Shown piece after piece: positions 18,518 through 27,288 of a stretch of 64,000 nucleotides of DNA. Below the pieces are notes generated by a model. The model ran no database searches and was not told the origin of the DNA. It was given only the letters and a program-made list of their open reading frames with translations. The stretch is from Myxococcales bacterium (GTDB lineage Bacteria; Myxococcota_A; UBA9042; JABWCM01; BTVJ01): positions 32,001-96,000 of the forward strand of contig BTVJ01000018.1 of NCBI GenBank assembly GCA_045863395.1. Direction: 5' to 3'. A program made the position numbers and the translations under genes. Numbering within the stretch: position 1 is the stretch's first letter; each line of letters opens with the position of its first letter.

Positions 18518-20005
18518 CTACTTCAGCAAGAAGACCATCTCCGAGTTTCCAATGCGGATCTCGTCGCCGTCCTTCAGGAACTGCTTGGTGATCTTGCGAC
18601 CGTTGACCAGCACCCCGTTGGTCGAGCCGAGGTCCGCGAGCTCGTAGCGCAGATCCTCGATCTTGATGCCCGCGTGGCGCCTCGACACAGACGAGTCGTC
18701 GATGACGATGGAGTTGCCCTCCATGGACCCGATGGTCGTGACGGCCTCGGTCAGGTAGTACTCCATGCCCGCGCAGGGCCCCTTCGTGACCTGCAGCCGG
18801 CCACGGCTCGGCCCCTGCGGACCCGACTCGATGACGACGACCTCGGGCTCGGGGGGGGGCCGCTCCGCGCGGCGGCGCAGGTAACCGGCGATCAGCTTGT
18901 AGATGAGGATCAGCAGGATGAGGCCGCCGAGCCCAATCCCGATCCACATGAGCAGCGTCTTCCACGCGAAGGGCTTCTCAGCCAGGTGCACGTCGCGGTC
19001 GGCCACGGTGGTCAGCTCCGCGCCCGCGACCTTCGCCTTCATCTGGAACTTGACGCGCCGCCCACCGTCCAGGTCCTCCGGCTTGAGGGTGACCACGTAC
19101 TGGCGCTTGATCTGCTCGGCGAGCTCCTCCCACGTCCGCTCGATGTCCGACCGGCTGGACTCGTCCGAGAGCAGCAGCGAGAAGCCGTTGGTCTTGTTGG
19201 AGAGGTCGCGCAGCGCGGGCAGGCCCTTCGTGGCGATGGTCGCATACCCGAGGCTGTAGACACGGATCCCCGACTCGGACGCCGTCTTGGCGATGTCGTC
19301 CACGAGCTTGCTGATCCGCTGCGGGTCCTTCTCCAGCTTGGAGTCGAGCCCGTCGGACATGATGACGATGACCTTCCGCCGCGTGGTGTCCAGGCGCCCG
19401 AACTCGTCCCGGATGCCCGCCCCGAGCTCACGCAGGAGCCGCTCGTAGAGGTTCAGATCCACCGACTTGTTCGGGTCTGGCTCCAGCCCCTCGTCGTCGT
19501 AGGTCTTGAGCTCGATACGCTCGATGTCGTCGCCGGTCTTGGGGCCGCCCTCCTGGAAGGAGAGCTTCCGCTGGAAGTCCTTCTCGTCGTAGACCCACAG
19601 GGCCACGCGGTCGGTGGGGCGCAAGCGCTGCGCGAGCTTCTGCGCGCCGGCGATCCCGACCTTCAGGGGGGGCGCCTGGAGGGTGTCAGCGTTGATGCGG
19701 TAATCGAAGTTCGCGCCGATGATTACCGCGACCGCCACGGACTCGGGCGTCTCGAAGTAGGGCTCGACCTTGATCGACCCCGTGATGGCCTTGTCGTCGA
19801 TCAGGATGGTCAGCGCATCGGGCGCCAGGTCGGGCACCACCCGGCCATCGTCGTCGAGCAGGTCGACGAAGAAGCGGATCTCATTGCGCTCCACGAACCG
19901 CGTCGCGTCGATGTCGTCGATGCGGAAGGACTTTGCAGCCGCGGGCACGGCAAGCGCGACCAGGGTCGCTCCGACGAGCATCAGGAGGGTGCGTGCTCTG
20001 ATCAT
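18518..20005 (-). CDS. Signal peptide - VWA-like domain - single TM - cytoplasmic FHA domain protein
   Basis: Signal peptide ...VPAAA; VIVIMSDG and RVYSLG VWA strands; TM LLMWIGIGLGGLILLILIY; FHA VSRRHA...DLGSTNG. Confidence 0.85.
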   Translation of the reverse strand: MIRARTLLMLVGATLVALAVPAAAKSFRIDDIDATRFVERNEIRFFVDLLDDDGRVVPDLAPDALTILIDDKAITGSIKVEPYFETPESVAVAVIIGANFDYRINADTLQAPPLKVGIAGAQKLAQRLRPTDRVALWVYDEKDFQRKLSFQEGGPKTGDDIERIELKTYDDEGLEPDPNKSVDLNLYERLLRELGAGIRDEFGRLDTTRRKVIVIMSDGLDSKLEKDPQRISKLVDDIAKTASESGIRVYSLGYATIATKGLPALRDLSNKTNGFSLLLSDESSRSDIERTWEELAEQIKRQYVVTLKPEDLDGGRRVKFQMKAKVAGAELTTVADRDVHLAEKPFAWKTLLMWIGIGLGGLILLILIYKLIAGYLRRRAERPPPEPEVVVIESGPQGPSRGRLQVTKGPCAGMEYYLTEAVTTIGSMEGNSIVIDDSSVSRRHAGIKIEDLRYELADLGSTNGVLVNGRKITKQFLKDGDEIRIGNSEMVFLLK

Positions 20006-20036
20006 GGCCTCTCGGGTGGGTGTGGGCGGTGGAGGG

Positions 20037-20759
20037 TCAATACAGCGACTTGAACTTCAGCTCCGTCCTGCCGAGCCGGATCTTGTCGTTGTCGATCAGC
20101 TCCTCCTTGGAGATGCGACGATCATTCAGATAGGTGCCGTTGGTCGAGTCCAGGTCGATGAGCGTGAACCGCCCGTTCTCGTGCCGGATGGCCGCGTGCT
20201 TCGACGACAGGTAGGCGTCGGTCAGCACGATGTCGCAGTCCGCCGCCGTGCCGATGACGTTGCGCCCCGTGACCAGGCGGAAGTCGTGGCCACGGTGCGC
20301 GCCGCCCAGCGCAACGATCCAGCCCACGCAGTCCTGTGCCCGGTCATCCATGATCTCCGAGACGTTGACCATCTGGGTCTTGTCGCTCTCGGAGAACTGC
20401 TCCACCGCCGCCTGCTGTGCGCGCTGCTGCTGCGGGGCCTGCTTCTGGCTACTCTTCTTCTTTCCGAAGAACCCCATGCCCTTCTCACCGCCCTGCTTGG
20501 TGTCCTGAGCAGCCCCGCCCTTCTTCTCCCCCTGAGCCGCCTGTCCCGCCTTCTCGCCGGCCTTCTGTCCGCCGCCCTTCTGGCCCTTGATCTTGGCCTG
20601 CAGCGCCTGCCCCGGCTTGTCCACCGCGGCGTTGAACTTGGAGGCCGCCTTGCTCTTCGCCTGGGCCTGGGCCGAATAGATCTTCCCTTTGACCCTCGCC
20701 TGTGCGCTGGATGTGCGCGACCGGACAAGTCCCTTGAAGAAGTCGATGATCACCTGCAT
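20037..20759 (-). CDS. FHA domain protein with Lys/Gln/Ala-rich N-terminal region
   Basis: C-terminal LSSKHA...LIDLDSTNGT...IRLG; start MQVIIDFF. Confidence 0.85.
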   Translation of the reverse strand: MQVIIDFFKGLVRSRTSSAQARVKGKIYSAQAQAKSKAASKFNAAVDKPGQALQAKIKGQKGGGQKAGEKAGQAAQGEKKGGAAQDTKQGGEKGMGFFGKKKSSQKQAPQQQRAQQAAVEQFSESDKTQMVNVSEIMDDRAQDCVGWIVALGGAHRGHDFRLVTGRNVIGTAADCDIVLTDAYLSSKHAAIRHENGRFTLIDLDSTNGTYLNDRRISKEELIDNDKIRLGRTELKFKSLY

Positions 20760-20866
20760 GTGCGAGCTGCCCAGCGTCGAGGTATCAGCGATCAGGCGAG
20801 TGACGTCAAGATCGTCGCACAGGCCCCCCCCGCGGTCAAGGACACTCGCCCCCGGGGCAAGCCGTG

Positions 20867-22408
20867 CTACGCAGGCTGGTACGCCCACACGTGGAACATG
20901 TTGATGTCACGCGCCGCGCTCCGGTACGTGAAGCGGATCTGGACCTGGTCCTCCTCGATCATGTCACCGGGGATGATGTACGGCCAGTTGCGCCACCGGT
21001 ACTTGCGATCCTTACCCGTCACGGCCCACGGCTCCGCCTTCTTGCCGTTGACCAGCGCGTCGGCCTGCCAGTCGCCGTGCGTGTAGTCGATGCGGAACAC
21101 GAGGATGAGCTGCCGCCCGAGCTTCACGTTCTTGATGGTGAACTGGCAGGTGCCGCCCTCGAAGGCCACGCCCTCGTCCTTGACCGCGGTGCCCTCCTCG
21201 GTGTCCGGGTACTTGAACTGCTGGCGCGAGCGGTATTGGTCGGTGAAGTCCCTGATCTCGAAGGCGTGGGCGCCCTCGCTCTGCGCGTTGAGCACGTCGA
21301 TCTCGTCGCACATGAGGAAGGTGGACCCGTCGAGCTTCAGCTCCTTCTCGAAGGGCGCGCTGCGGATCTTGATCTTGTCCCAGGCGACCTCCGCCTGGGC
21401 CGCCTCCAGCCGGGGGGCCTCCTTGGCGCGCAGCTTGTGCTCGAACAGGCCCTGCAGGGCCTCGCACGCCTTGGTCTGGAACCCGATGATGTGGTTCACC
21501 AGATCCATGCCCGTCTTGTCCTCCTGGTAGATGTTCCGGAGGTAGCGGATCTGGTTGCCGTAGTTGGCGAACTCCCGGGTGGAGGCGTGCTGCGGGTGCT
21601 GCGTCTCCAGCTCGCGGATCATCTCCTCTTCCAGGTCGATGAGCCGCAGGTTCATCCGCGGCAGGTTCCGCAGGTCGATCTGGTTGCACATCAGCAGCAT
21701 CTCGACGGTCAGGTAGGCGTAGAGCACGTCGCCCGCCCGGCGGATGTCCAGGTCGTGGTACAGGTACGAGTAGGTGGTCACGGCGAGCTTCGCGAGCTGC
21801 TGGATCCGGAAGATGGTGTACGGATCGAGGAAGGTCCCCACGACTCCGGCGATGGGCACGAAGCGCAGATCCAGCTCGTTCTCGCGCGGATCGTGCGGGT
21901 TCTTGGCGTCCGAGAGCTTCTTGACGTCCGACGTCAATGCCACGCGGGCAAGCTCGATCTCGCGGTTGAGATCGGGCTCCACGGCCGTCCACTCGATGCG
22001 GGACTTCTCGCTGATCCGCTTGTGGCCCTTGAACTCCGGGTTCTCCTTGTAGGCCACGTAGTCCGTGGGCTCCTCCAGGTAGCGGAGCACCAGGTACACG
22101 GTCTGCGGGAGCTTGAAGTCCGTGGGGTTCAGGACCTTGATCTCCGGCTCCGGGCGCCAGATGTCGCTGCCGGTGCCGTCGATGGCATAGCCGGGCTGGA
22201 TCTCCACCGCCAGCTCGTTGCGCCCACGCGCCGACACGCGCAGCCCGCCCGTCGCGGTCAGCACCACGCCCGGGCCATGGAACATGCGGTTGTGCAGCCG
22301 GTGCTTGTCGACGTGGTAGCGCTCCGCGTCGTTCCAGTCGTGCTCCGTGGTCATGAAGCCACGGAAGAAGTTGATCCTCTTGAACACCGCGCCGCCGTTG
22401 TCGGCCAT
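20867..22408 (-). CDS. CIS/phage-tail baseplate-associated protein (fibre-anchor-type N-terminus) with a C-terminal jelly-roll/carbohydrate-binding-like domain
   Basis: RINFFRG...RYH..KHRLHNR..HGPGVV...GLRV...IQPGYAIDGTG, a motif seen in genes downstream of eCIS baseplate genes; beta-rich C-terminus; AGGAG RBS. Confidence 0.7.
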   Translation of the reverse strand: MADNGGAVFKRINFFRGFMTTEHDWNDAERYHVDKHRLHNRMFHGPGVVLTATGGLRVSARGRNELAVEIQPGYAIDGTGSDIWRPEPEIKVLNPTDFKLPQTVYLVLRYLEEPTDYVAYKENPEFKGHKRISEKSRIEWTAVEPDLNREIELARVALTSDVKKLSDAKNPHDPRENELDLRFVPIAGVVGTFLDPYTIFRIQQLAKLAVTTYSYLYHDLDIRRAGDVLYAYLTVEMLLMCNQIDLRNLPRMNLRLIDLEEEMIRELETQHPQHASTREFANYGNQIRYLRNIYQEDKTGMDLVNHIIGFQTKACEALQGLFEHKLRAKEAPRLEAAQAEVAWDKIKIRSAPFEKELKLDGSTFLMCDEIDVLNAQSEGAHAFEIRDFTDQYRSRQQFKYPDTEEGTAVKDEGVAFEGGTCQFTIKNVKLGRQLILVFRIDYTHGDWQADALVNGKKAEPWAVTGKDRKYRWRNWPYIIPGDMIEEDQVQIRFTYRSAARDINMFHVWAYQPA

Positions 22409-22438
22409 GCGTCTCCTCCTGGAGGGGATACCCCGGGT

Positions 22439-23335
22439 CTATGGCTCCGCGGGCTCCTCGGGCGCCTCGTCCATGACGAGGCCGCTCCCGATGGCCGAAC
22501 CCACGCCGATCTGCATGATGCCCAGGACCCCCGACTCGCGCCGCTTCTCGGCGAAATCGAGCCAGTAGATGGTGTGGGCGGGCTTCTCGTTCTGGATGAT
22601 CTGATGGATCTTCATCAGGGCGTCCTCCGTGATCTCATCCGCCGCGAAGGGCAGCCGCACGATGAAGCAGTGCGACCGGTTCATGGGCGGCAGGATCACC
22701 GCGTCGACCCCCACGACGGAGGACACCCCCACCTGGAAGCCCCTGTGGGGCCAGCGGTTCTCTTCCACCTCAGGGGCGAGGCCCGTGAAGATCTCGAGGA
22801 AGATGCGCAGCGCCCGCGCGGTGCCGCGGATGTTGTAGAGCTCTGCCGCCCGCCGGATCAGCCGCCGCTTGCGGTCCACCGGCCAGTCCGGGTCCAGCGT
22901 CAGCGCCAGCCAGGACGCGAGCCACGGCAGGAAGTCCTCACGGGTCTCCAGGGGCCGGAAGAGCCGATCCATGGAGTCGATGTTCCCCTGCAGCGAGTCG
23001 TGCAGGTGGTGGAAGATCCACAGGTAGCGGCGCAGGAAGTCGCTGTCGACGCCCGTCCCGCTCATCTGGTACACGCTCGGCAGGTGCCGCACCAGGCTCT
23101 GCTTGATCACGTGGAGCTTGACCACGGCGCTGGAGTCCACCATGTGGCCCCGCGGCGGATCCTGGGACACCACCGAGTCCTCCGCTCCGTAGCTCTCGGT
23201 GAAGTGCACCTGTCCCGGCGGAAACCCGGCGCTCCGCAGAACGATCTGCGCGTCGTCCACGTGCAATCCGACCAGGTCGGGCAGGACGCGCTTGCGGCTG
23301 GGGAGCCGCGACGGGGTGGGTGTCTTGGTCGCCAC
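22439..23335 (-). CDS. PASTA domain fused to phage tail protein I (P2 gpI-like) baseplate wedge domain
   Basis: LPDLVGLHVDDAQIVL...VVSQDPPRG (PASTA); HLPSVYQ, FLRRYL, FLPWLASWL, LYNIRGT (gpI-like). Confidence 0.85.
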   Translation of the reverse strand: MATKTPTPSRLPSRKRVLPDLVGLHVDDAQIVLRSAGFPPGQVHFTESYGAEDSVVSQDPPRGHMVDSSAVVKLHVIKQSLVRHLPSVYQMSGTGVDSDFLRRYLWIFHHLHDSLQGNIDSMDRLFRPLETREDFLPWLASWLALTLDPDWPVDRKRRLIRRAAELYNIRGTARALRIFLEIFTGLAPEVEENRWPHRGFQVGVSSVVGVDAVILPPMNRSHCFIVRLPFAADEITEDALMKIHQIIQNEKPAHTIYWLDFAEKRRESGVLGIMQIGVGSAIGSGLVMDEAPEEPAEP

Positions 23336-23338
23336 GGG

Positions 23339-26300
23339 CTACACGATCCTCTCGTGGGCCTTCTCGACGACCTCGACGCCCACGAGGTGAGGGAGCTCAT
23401 CGGGAGCGAGCCGGAGCTGCTCCACCTCGGTGCGCCTCTCGGAGTCGATGATCCGGACCAGATCCACGAAGTCGACGCCGTCGACGTTCTCGATGACGTG
23501 GTAGAGGTCCACCTTGAACACGGCGCGCCCGAAGGGCCAGCCCTTGCCGTCGCGTCCACCGGCCAGCGGGTTCAGGAAGCGCCACAGGTTGGCCTGGATG
23601 TCGCGCTTGATGCGGTCGCTGGACCCGGAGGACCGCCGCACGATGCGCACCTCCACGGACATCTCCACGTAGCGCGGCTTCACCACGTTGACGATGGTGG
23701 TCAGGAGCTTCCGCTCATTGAGGTAGGTGCGCACCCGGCGCAACAGCTCCGTCGACGGGATGGGCTTCTCCAGCAGGTTGGCCGTGCCATCCTGGAGGCG
23801 CGGCAGCTTCGGAACGACGATGACGGTCACCTGCCCCTCCCGGTCGGTGGAGGGGAGCGCCTTCACGCGCGCTACGCTGTTCGACGCCTCCCGGCTCAGC
23901 CACTCGAAGTCCTCCGCCGTCACGGCGCGGTTCCTGGACTTGAGCATGTGGGGACCACGCAGCTTGGCGTCCTCGACCGACTCCAGGTCGCAGCCGCCGC
24001 TCGCTGGGAACGGGTTGGTCACCGCGTCGAGATAGGAGAAGCTCTGCTTCATGACGGTGATCGTGTCGGCGGCAACGTTCCCCTCCACGCCGCCGCCCAC
24101 CTGCCACGCGCTCGCGATGATGTTCTTCTCGCCCTTGGGTGGGACCATGCCGCGGGTGCCGTCGCCGAACCGGATCTCGCTGGTCACCGTGTCCTTGACG
24201 TAGTGCCTGCTGCGGGGGCCGCTGTCGTAGAGGTTGTCCACCTGATGCCACGTGATCAGGTACTCGGTCGTGAACTCAGGATCCTGTCGGAACGCGTCCT
24301 CCCCCTCCTCCGCTACGATGATGTCGATCTCGTCCCGCGAGGGGCGCTCGCGCTCCCGGATGACCACCCGCTGCCCGTCGAGCACCGGCGTCCGCGGGAA
24401 GGTGAACTTCTGGTTGGGCGTCCCCTGACTCGAGCCGAGGAGGCTGTCACGGAACGTCGAGATGTTCAGCGAGTAGCCGCAGTTGAGCAGAATCCGCTCC
24501 ACGCGCGGCGGCACGTCGTAGCCGCCCATCTCCAGCCGCGCCCGCAGCCAGTAGAGGTTCTCGCCGAAGCGCTTGCTGGTGCGCAGGTCCTTGGGGCCCA
24601 CGAACTGCACGAAGCCCGACTGCGTGAAGTTGTTCGTCCAGTCGTGCGGCAAGAGAGGGCTCCACGCCTTGCCCGACCAGTACTCCCAGACGACGCGCTG
24701 CTCGGCCGTCTCCCCCTCCAGCTCCGCGATCGCCCGAGGCTGCCGCCGCTGCCAGGCGCCGGACCGGCCAGGGAGGTTGCCGCCCGACGACTCGTCCACC
24801 GTGTGGAAGTAGATCTGGCACGTCGCGTTCGGGAATGGCTCGTTGAAGCCGAGGAAGATGGTCGGGCTCTCCTCGGCCACCGGCTGGAAGGCCTGGAAGG
24901 CGCGCCCCCCGCTCGCCGCCGTGGCCGTGTGGTCCGTGTACACGAAGTCGTTGAAGGACATGCAGTGCTTGAAGGGGCGGGGCTCCTCCGAGAAGCGGAA
25001 CGCGATGGCCTTGAAGGTCGGGGGCCGCAGCGGCCGCTCGTCGCGCCACACCCACCGATCCTCGACGTTCTCGTAGGCGCCCGGCACGCCGTAGTCGCCC
25101 TGCTCCACGCGCACCCGCAGCCACAGCCCGGTCTCGTCGTTGACCCGTGTCGCCTCCAGGTTCTTGGGGCGCTGGAACGTGAGCACACCGGACTTGGTGA
25201 AGGCGTTGGTCCCGTCCTGGAAGCCATACCAGCCTGGCTCGTCTGCCGGTACCCCGAAGGGAGTCGTCCGCCCGAGGAGGGTCCACTTCTTGCCGTTCCA
25301 GAACTCCCACCGCAGCTTCAGGTCCTGTGAAGCCACCGGGGCCTCGGCGACGCTCGGATCGCTGAGCTGCACCTCGATCTCGATGGTCGCGCCGTCCTGC
25401 GACAGGATGCTCTCGCACGCCACATAGAACATGGCGTCGACTCGCGGCTCTCGGTCGAACGGCAGGAAGTTGCGGTCCATGTCTCGCGGCAGGAACAGGT
25501 CGCCGTCCACGTTGGCGATGGCGCGGTCCGGCGGCACCCCCTCGCCGCTGATCTCGAGGCGGCCGAAGACCGTCTCGATCATGGTCTCCTCGGCGGAGCG
25601 GGGCACCTCGATGAGGCGCCCGCGAATCCAGTACTCCTCCGTATCGTTGACCATGGTCTTGGCCATGGTGGGCGGCCCCATGAACGCGACCATGTTCGGG
25701 TCGACGTCCTTCGGGTGCAGGTAGAGCTCCCGCCACCGCTCGCCGTTCCAGTACTCCCACTCCAGCAGGCGCGTCAGCTCCCGGTCGCTCCGGTGAGGGC
25801 AGTGGAACTGCACCGTGAGCACCGCGGCCTCGTTGAAGTTCTCGAAGCGCGGGTCCCCCAGGTAGATGTAACGATCGATGGCGCGGGTGCCCACGAACGG
25901 GTTGAAGCCGCCGCGCCCGCCGCGAGCCTCTTCGGTGACGTTGGTGATCAGGGTCTTGCCCGACTCCGGGTCGTGCTCCTGGACGACCACGCGCTGCATG
26001 ACCGTGTTGACCACGGTCACGTCCTCCTCGGTCTCGAAGGCGATCGCGCGGCTCCCCGCCCCAGCCTTCGTGGAGAACGCGGACCCTCGCGGGATGGTCA
26101 ACGAGTCGGTCTTGTCGCTGAGCGTGAAGGTCAGCAAGGCCCGCGCCGGCTGGGGCGGCTGGAGCGTCACCCCCATCAGATCCAGGAAGGCGAGGTAGTT
26201 CTTGTCCGGGACCCGGTTGAGCCGGTAGAGCGCCATCTCCATCATCCAGGCGAACAGCTCGATGAGCGTGATGCCCGGATCGCTGGCGTTGAAGTTGGTC

Positions 26301-26389
26301 CACTCCGGGCAGTACTGCGGGATCAGCCGGATCGCCTCGTCGACGATGTCCTCGAACTTCCGGTCGTCCAGGTTCGGCGTCGGGATCAT
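23339..26389 (-). CDS. Putative baseplate assembly protein (baseplate J / T4 gp6-like, long CIS type)
   Basis: PNLDDRKF...PEWTNFNASDPGITLIELFAW; three WE(Y/F)W(N/S)G..W modules; FGDG..GMVP, GGG.EGNV, RAVTAEDFE, FLNPL.GG.DG.GWPFGR. Confidence 0.92.
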   Translation of the reverse strand: MIPTPNLDDRKFEDIVDEAIRLIPQYCPEWTNFNASDPGITLIELFAWMMEMALYRLNRVPDKNYLAFLDLMGVTLQPPQPARALLTFTLSDKTDSLTIPRGSAFSTKAGAGSRAIAFETEEDVTVVNTVMQRVVVQEHDPESGKTLITNVTEEARGGRGGFNPFVGTRAIDRYIYLGDPRFENFNEAAVLTVQFHCPHRSDRELTRLLEWEYWNGERWRELYLHPKDVDPNMVAFMGPPTMAKTMVNDTEEYWIRGRLIEVPRSAEETMIETVFGRLEISGEGVPPDRAIANVDGDLFLPRDMDRNFLPFDREPRVDAMFYVACESILSQDGATIEIEVQLSDPSVAEAPVASQDLKLRWEFWNGKKWTLLGRTTPFGVPADEPGWYGFQDGTNAFTKSGVLTFQRPKNLEATRVNDETGLWLRVRVEQGDYGVPGAYENVEDRWVWRDERPLRPPTFKAIAFRFSEEPRPFKHCMSFNDFVYTDHTATAASGGRAFQAFQPVAEESPTIFLGFNEPFPNATCQIYFHTVDESSGGNLPGRSGAWQRRQPRAIAELEGETAEQRVVWEYWSGKAWSPLLPHDWTNNFTQSGFVQFVGPKDLRTSKRFGENLYWLRARLEMGGYDVPPRVERILLNCGYSLNISTFRDSLLGSSQGTPNQKFTFPRTPVLDGQRVVIRERERPSRDEIDIIVAEEGEDAFRQDPEFTTEYLITWHQVDNLYDSGPRSRHYVKDTVTSEIRFGDGTRGMVPPKGEKNIIASAWQVGGGVEGNVAADTITVMKQSFSYLDAVTNPFPASGGCDLESVEDAKLRGPHMLKSRNRAVTAEDFEWLSREASNSVARVKALPSTDREGQVTVIVVPKLPRLQDGTANLLEKPIPSTELLRRVRTYLNERKLLTTIVNVVKPRYVEMSVEVRIVRRSSGSSDRIKRDIQANLWRFLNPLAGGRDGKGWPFGRAVFKVDLYHVIENVDGVDFVDLVRIIDSERRTEVEQLRLAPDELPHLVGVEVVEKAHERIV

Positions 26390-26793
26390 AGATCTTGCTC
26401 TCTGCGCAGGTAGAACGGGTAGACGAGGTTGCGAATGGCGTTGGTGCGGATCACCCGGTAGGAGACGTCGACCAGCATCACGTTCTCGTTGGCTGAGTCC
26501 GGGTAGGCCGACACCTTCAGATCATCGATGCGCGGCTCCCACTTCACCAGCGCCTCGCGCACGTGGTAGGACACCAGCGAAGCCGTGGACGCGTTGTTGG
26601 GGTGGAACACGTACTCATGGATGCGGCAGCCGAAGTCGGGCCGCATGACGCGCTCCCCCGGCGCCGTGCCGAGGATGAGCAGGATCGCCTGCTCGATGGT
26701 CTCCTCGCCCTCCTTCTGGGCGATGTTCCCCGTCGCGTTGACGGTGAGTGGGTACGCCCATCCGACTCCGAGGAACGACTTCTTCCTGGCCAC
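26386..26793 (-). CDS. GPW/gp25 family baseplate wedge protein
   Basis: FLGVGWAYP...ILGTAPGERVMRPDFGC...WEPRI...NLVYPFYL; GTG start chosen; ATGA overlap with the baseplate-J gene. Confidence 0.92.
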   Translation of the reverse strand: MARKKSFLGVGWAYPLTVNATGNIAQKEGEETIEQAILLILGTAPGERVMRPDFGCRIHEYVFHPNNASTASLVSYHVREALVKWEPRIDDLKVSAYPDSANENVMLVDVSYRVIRTNAIRNLVYPFYLRREQDL

Positions 26794-26864
26794 GTGCTGC
26801 CCCTTTCCAGTCGCCCTGCCCCGCCCCACCAGCAGCCGCGCAACCCCGCGCGGCTACGGTCACC

Positions 26865-27053
26865 TCACGCGAGGCGCCCGTCGAAGTATCGGCCGCAATT
26901 CGGGCACTCCAGCCGGATGTGCACCTCGTCGGCCTCGACCTCCAGCGTCCCCTTCTTGCAGTACGGGCACTTGTGGCCCTCCGTGCGCCCGTTGTAGACC
27001 TCGTCGACGATGTCCTGCAGGAGATCGAGATCTTCGTAGGATAGCTCGCCCAT
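26865..27053 (-). CDS. Small (62 aa) zinc-ribbon protein heading the baseplate operon
   Basis: MGELSYEDL...CPYC...CPNCGRYF; GAGGAG RBS. Confidence 0.75.
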   Translation of the reverse strand: MGELSYEDLDLLQDIVDEVYNGRTEGHKCPYCKKGTLEVEADEVHIRLECPNCGRYFDGRLA

Positions 27054-27167
27054 CCGTCCTCTCCTCATCCACTGCCGGCAGAGACCGGGTTCGCGCAAGG
27101 GCTGCGGATCGCGCCTCACCGCCGGGCCACCACCCGCAAGAGAGACGACGCTCATCGAGGCCAGCCG

Positions 27168-27195
27168 ATAATAGCGATCCCCCCCGGCATGTCAA
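27168..27195 (-). promoter_or_regulatory. Putative sigma70 promoter of the baseplate operon
   Basis: TTGACA-N16-TATTAT, an AT-rich island in GC-rich DNA. Confidence 0.6.
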
Positions 27196-27288
27196 GCGGC
27201 AACGCCAGGAGCAATAGCTTGATTTCTCAAGAGATCCGCGACTGTGGAGGGCGACGACGGCGCCGAGGTCAGCGCAGGAGGAGGAGGA

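Noticed and set aside
20864..25330. 1488-aa plus-strand ORF, plus similar long ORFs (1176..4271 part, 13474..15246, 38501..40756, 45644..47860, 53115..54797)
   Set aside because: Antisense shadows of real high-GC3 genes, with no motifs, RBS or protein-like composition
20867..27053. Prophage or canonical T6SS
   Set aside because: No capsid, terminase, portal, integrase or lysis genes, and no TssB/C, Hcp, VgrG, ClpV or TssJLM; codon usage looks host-like
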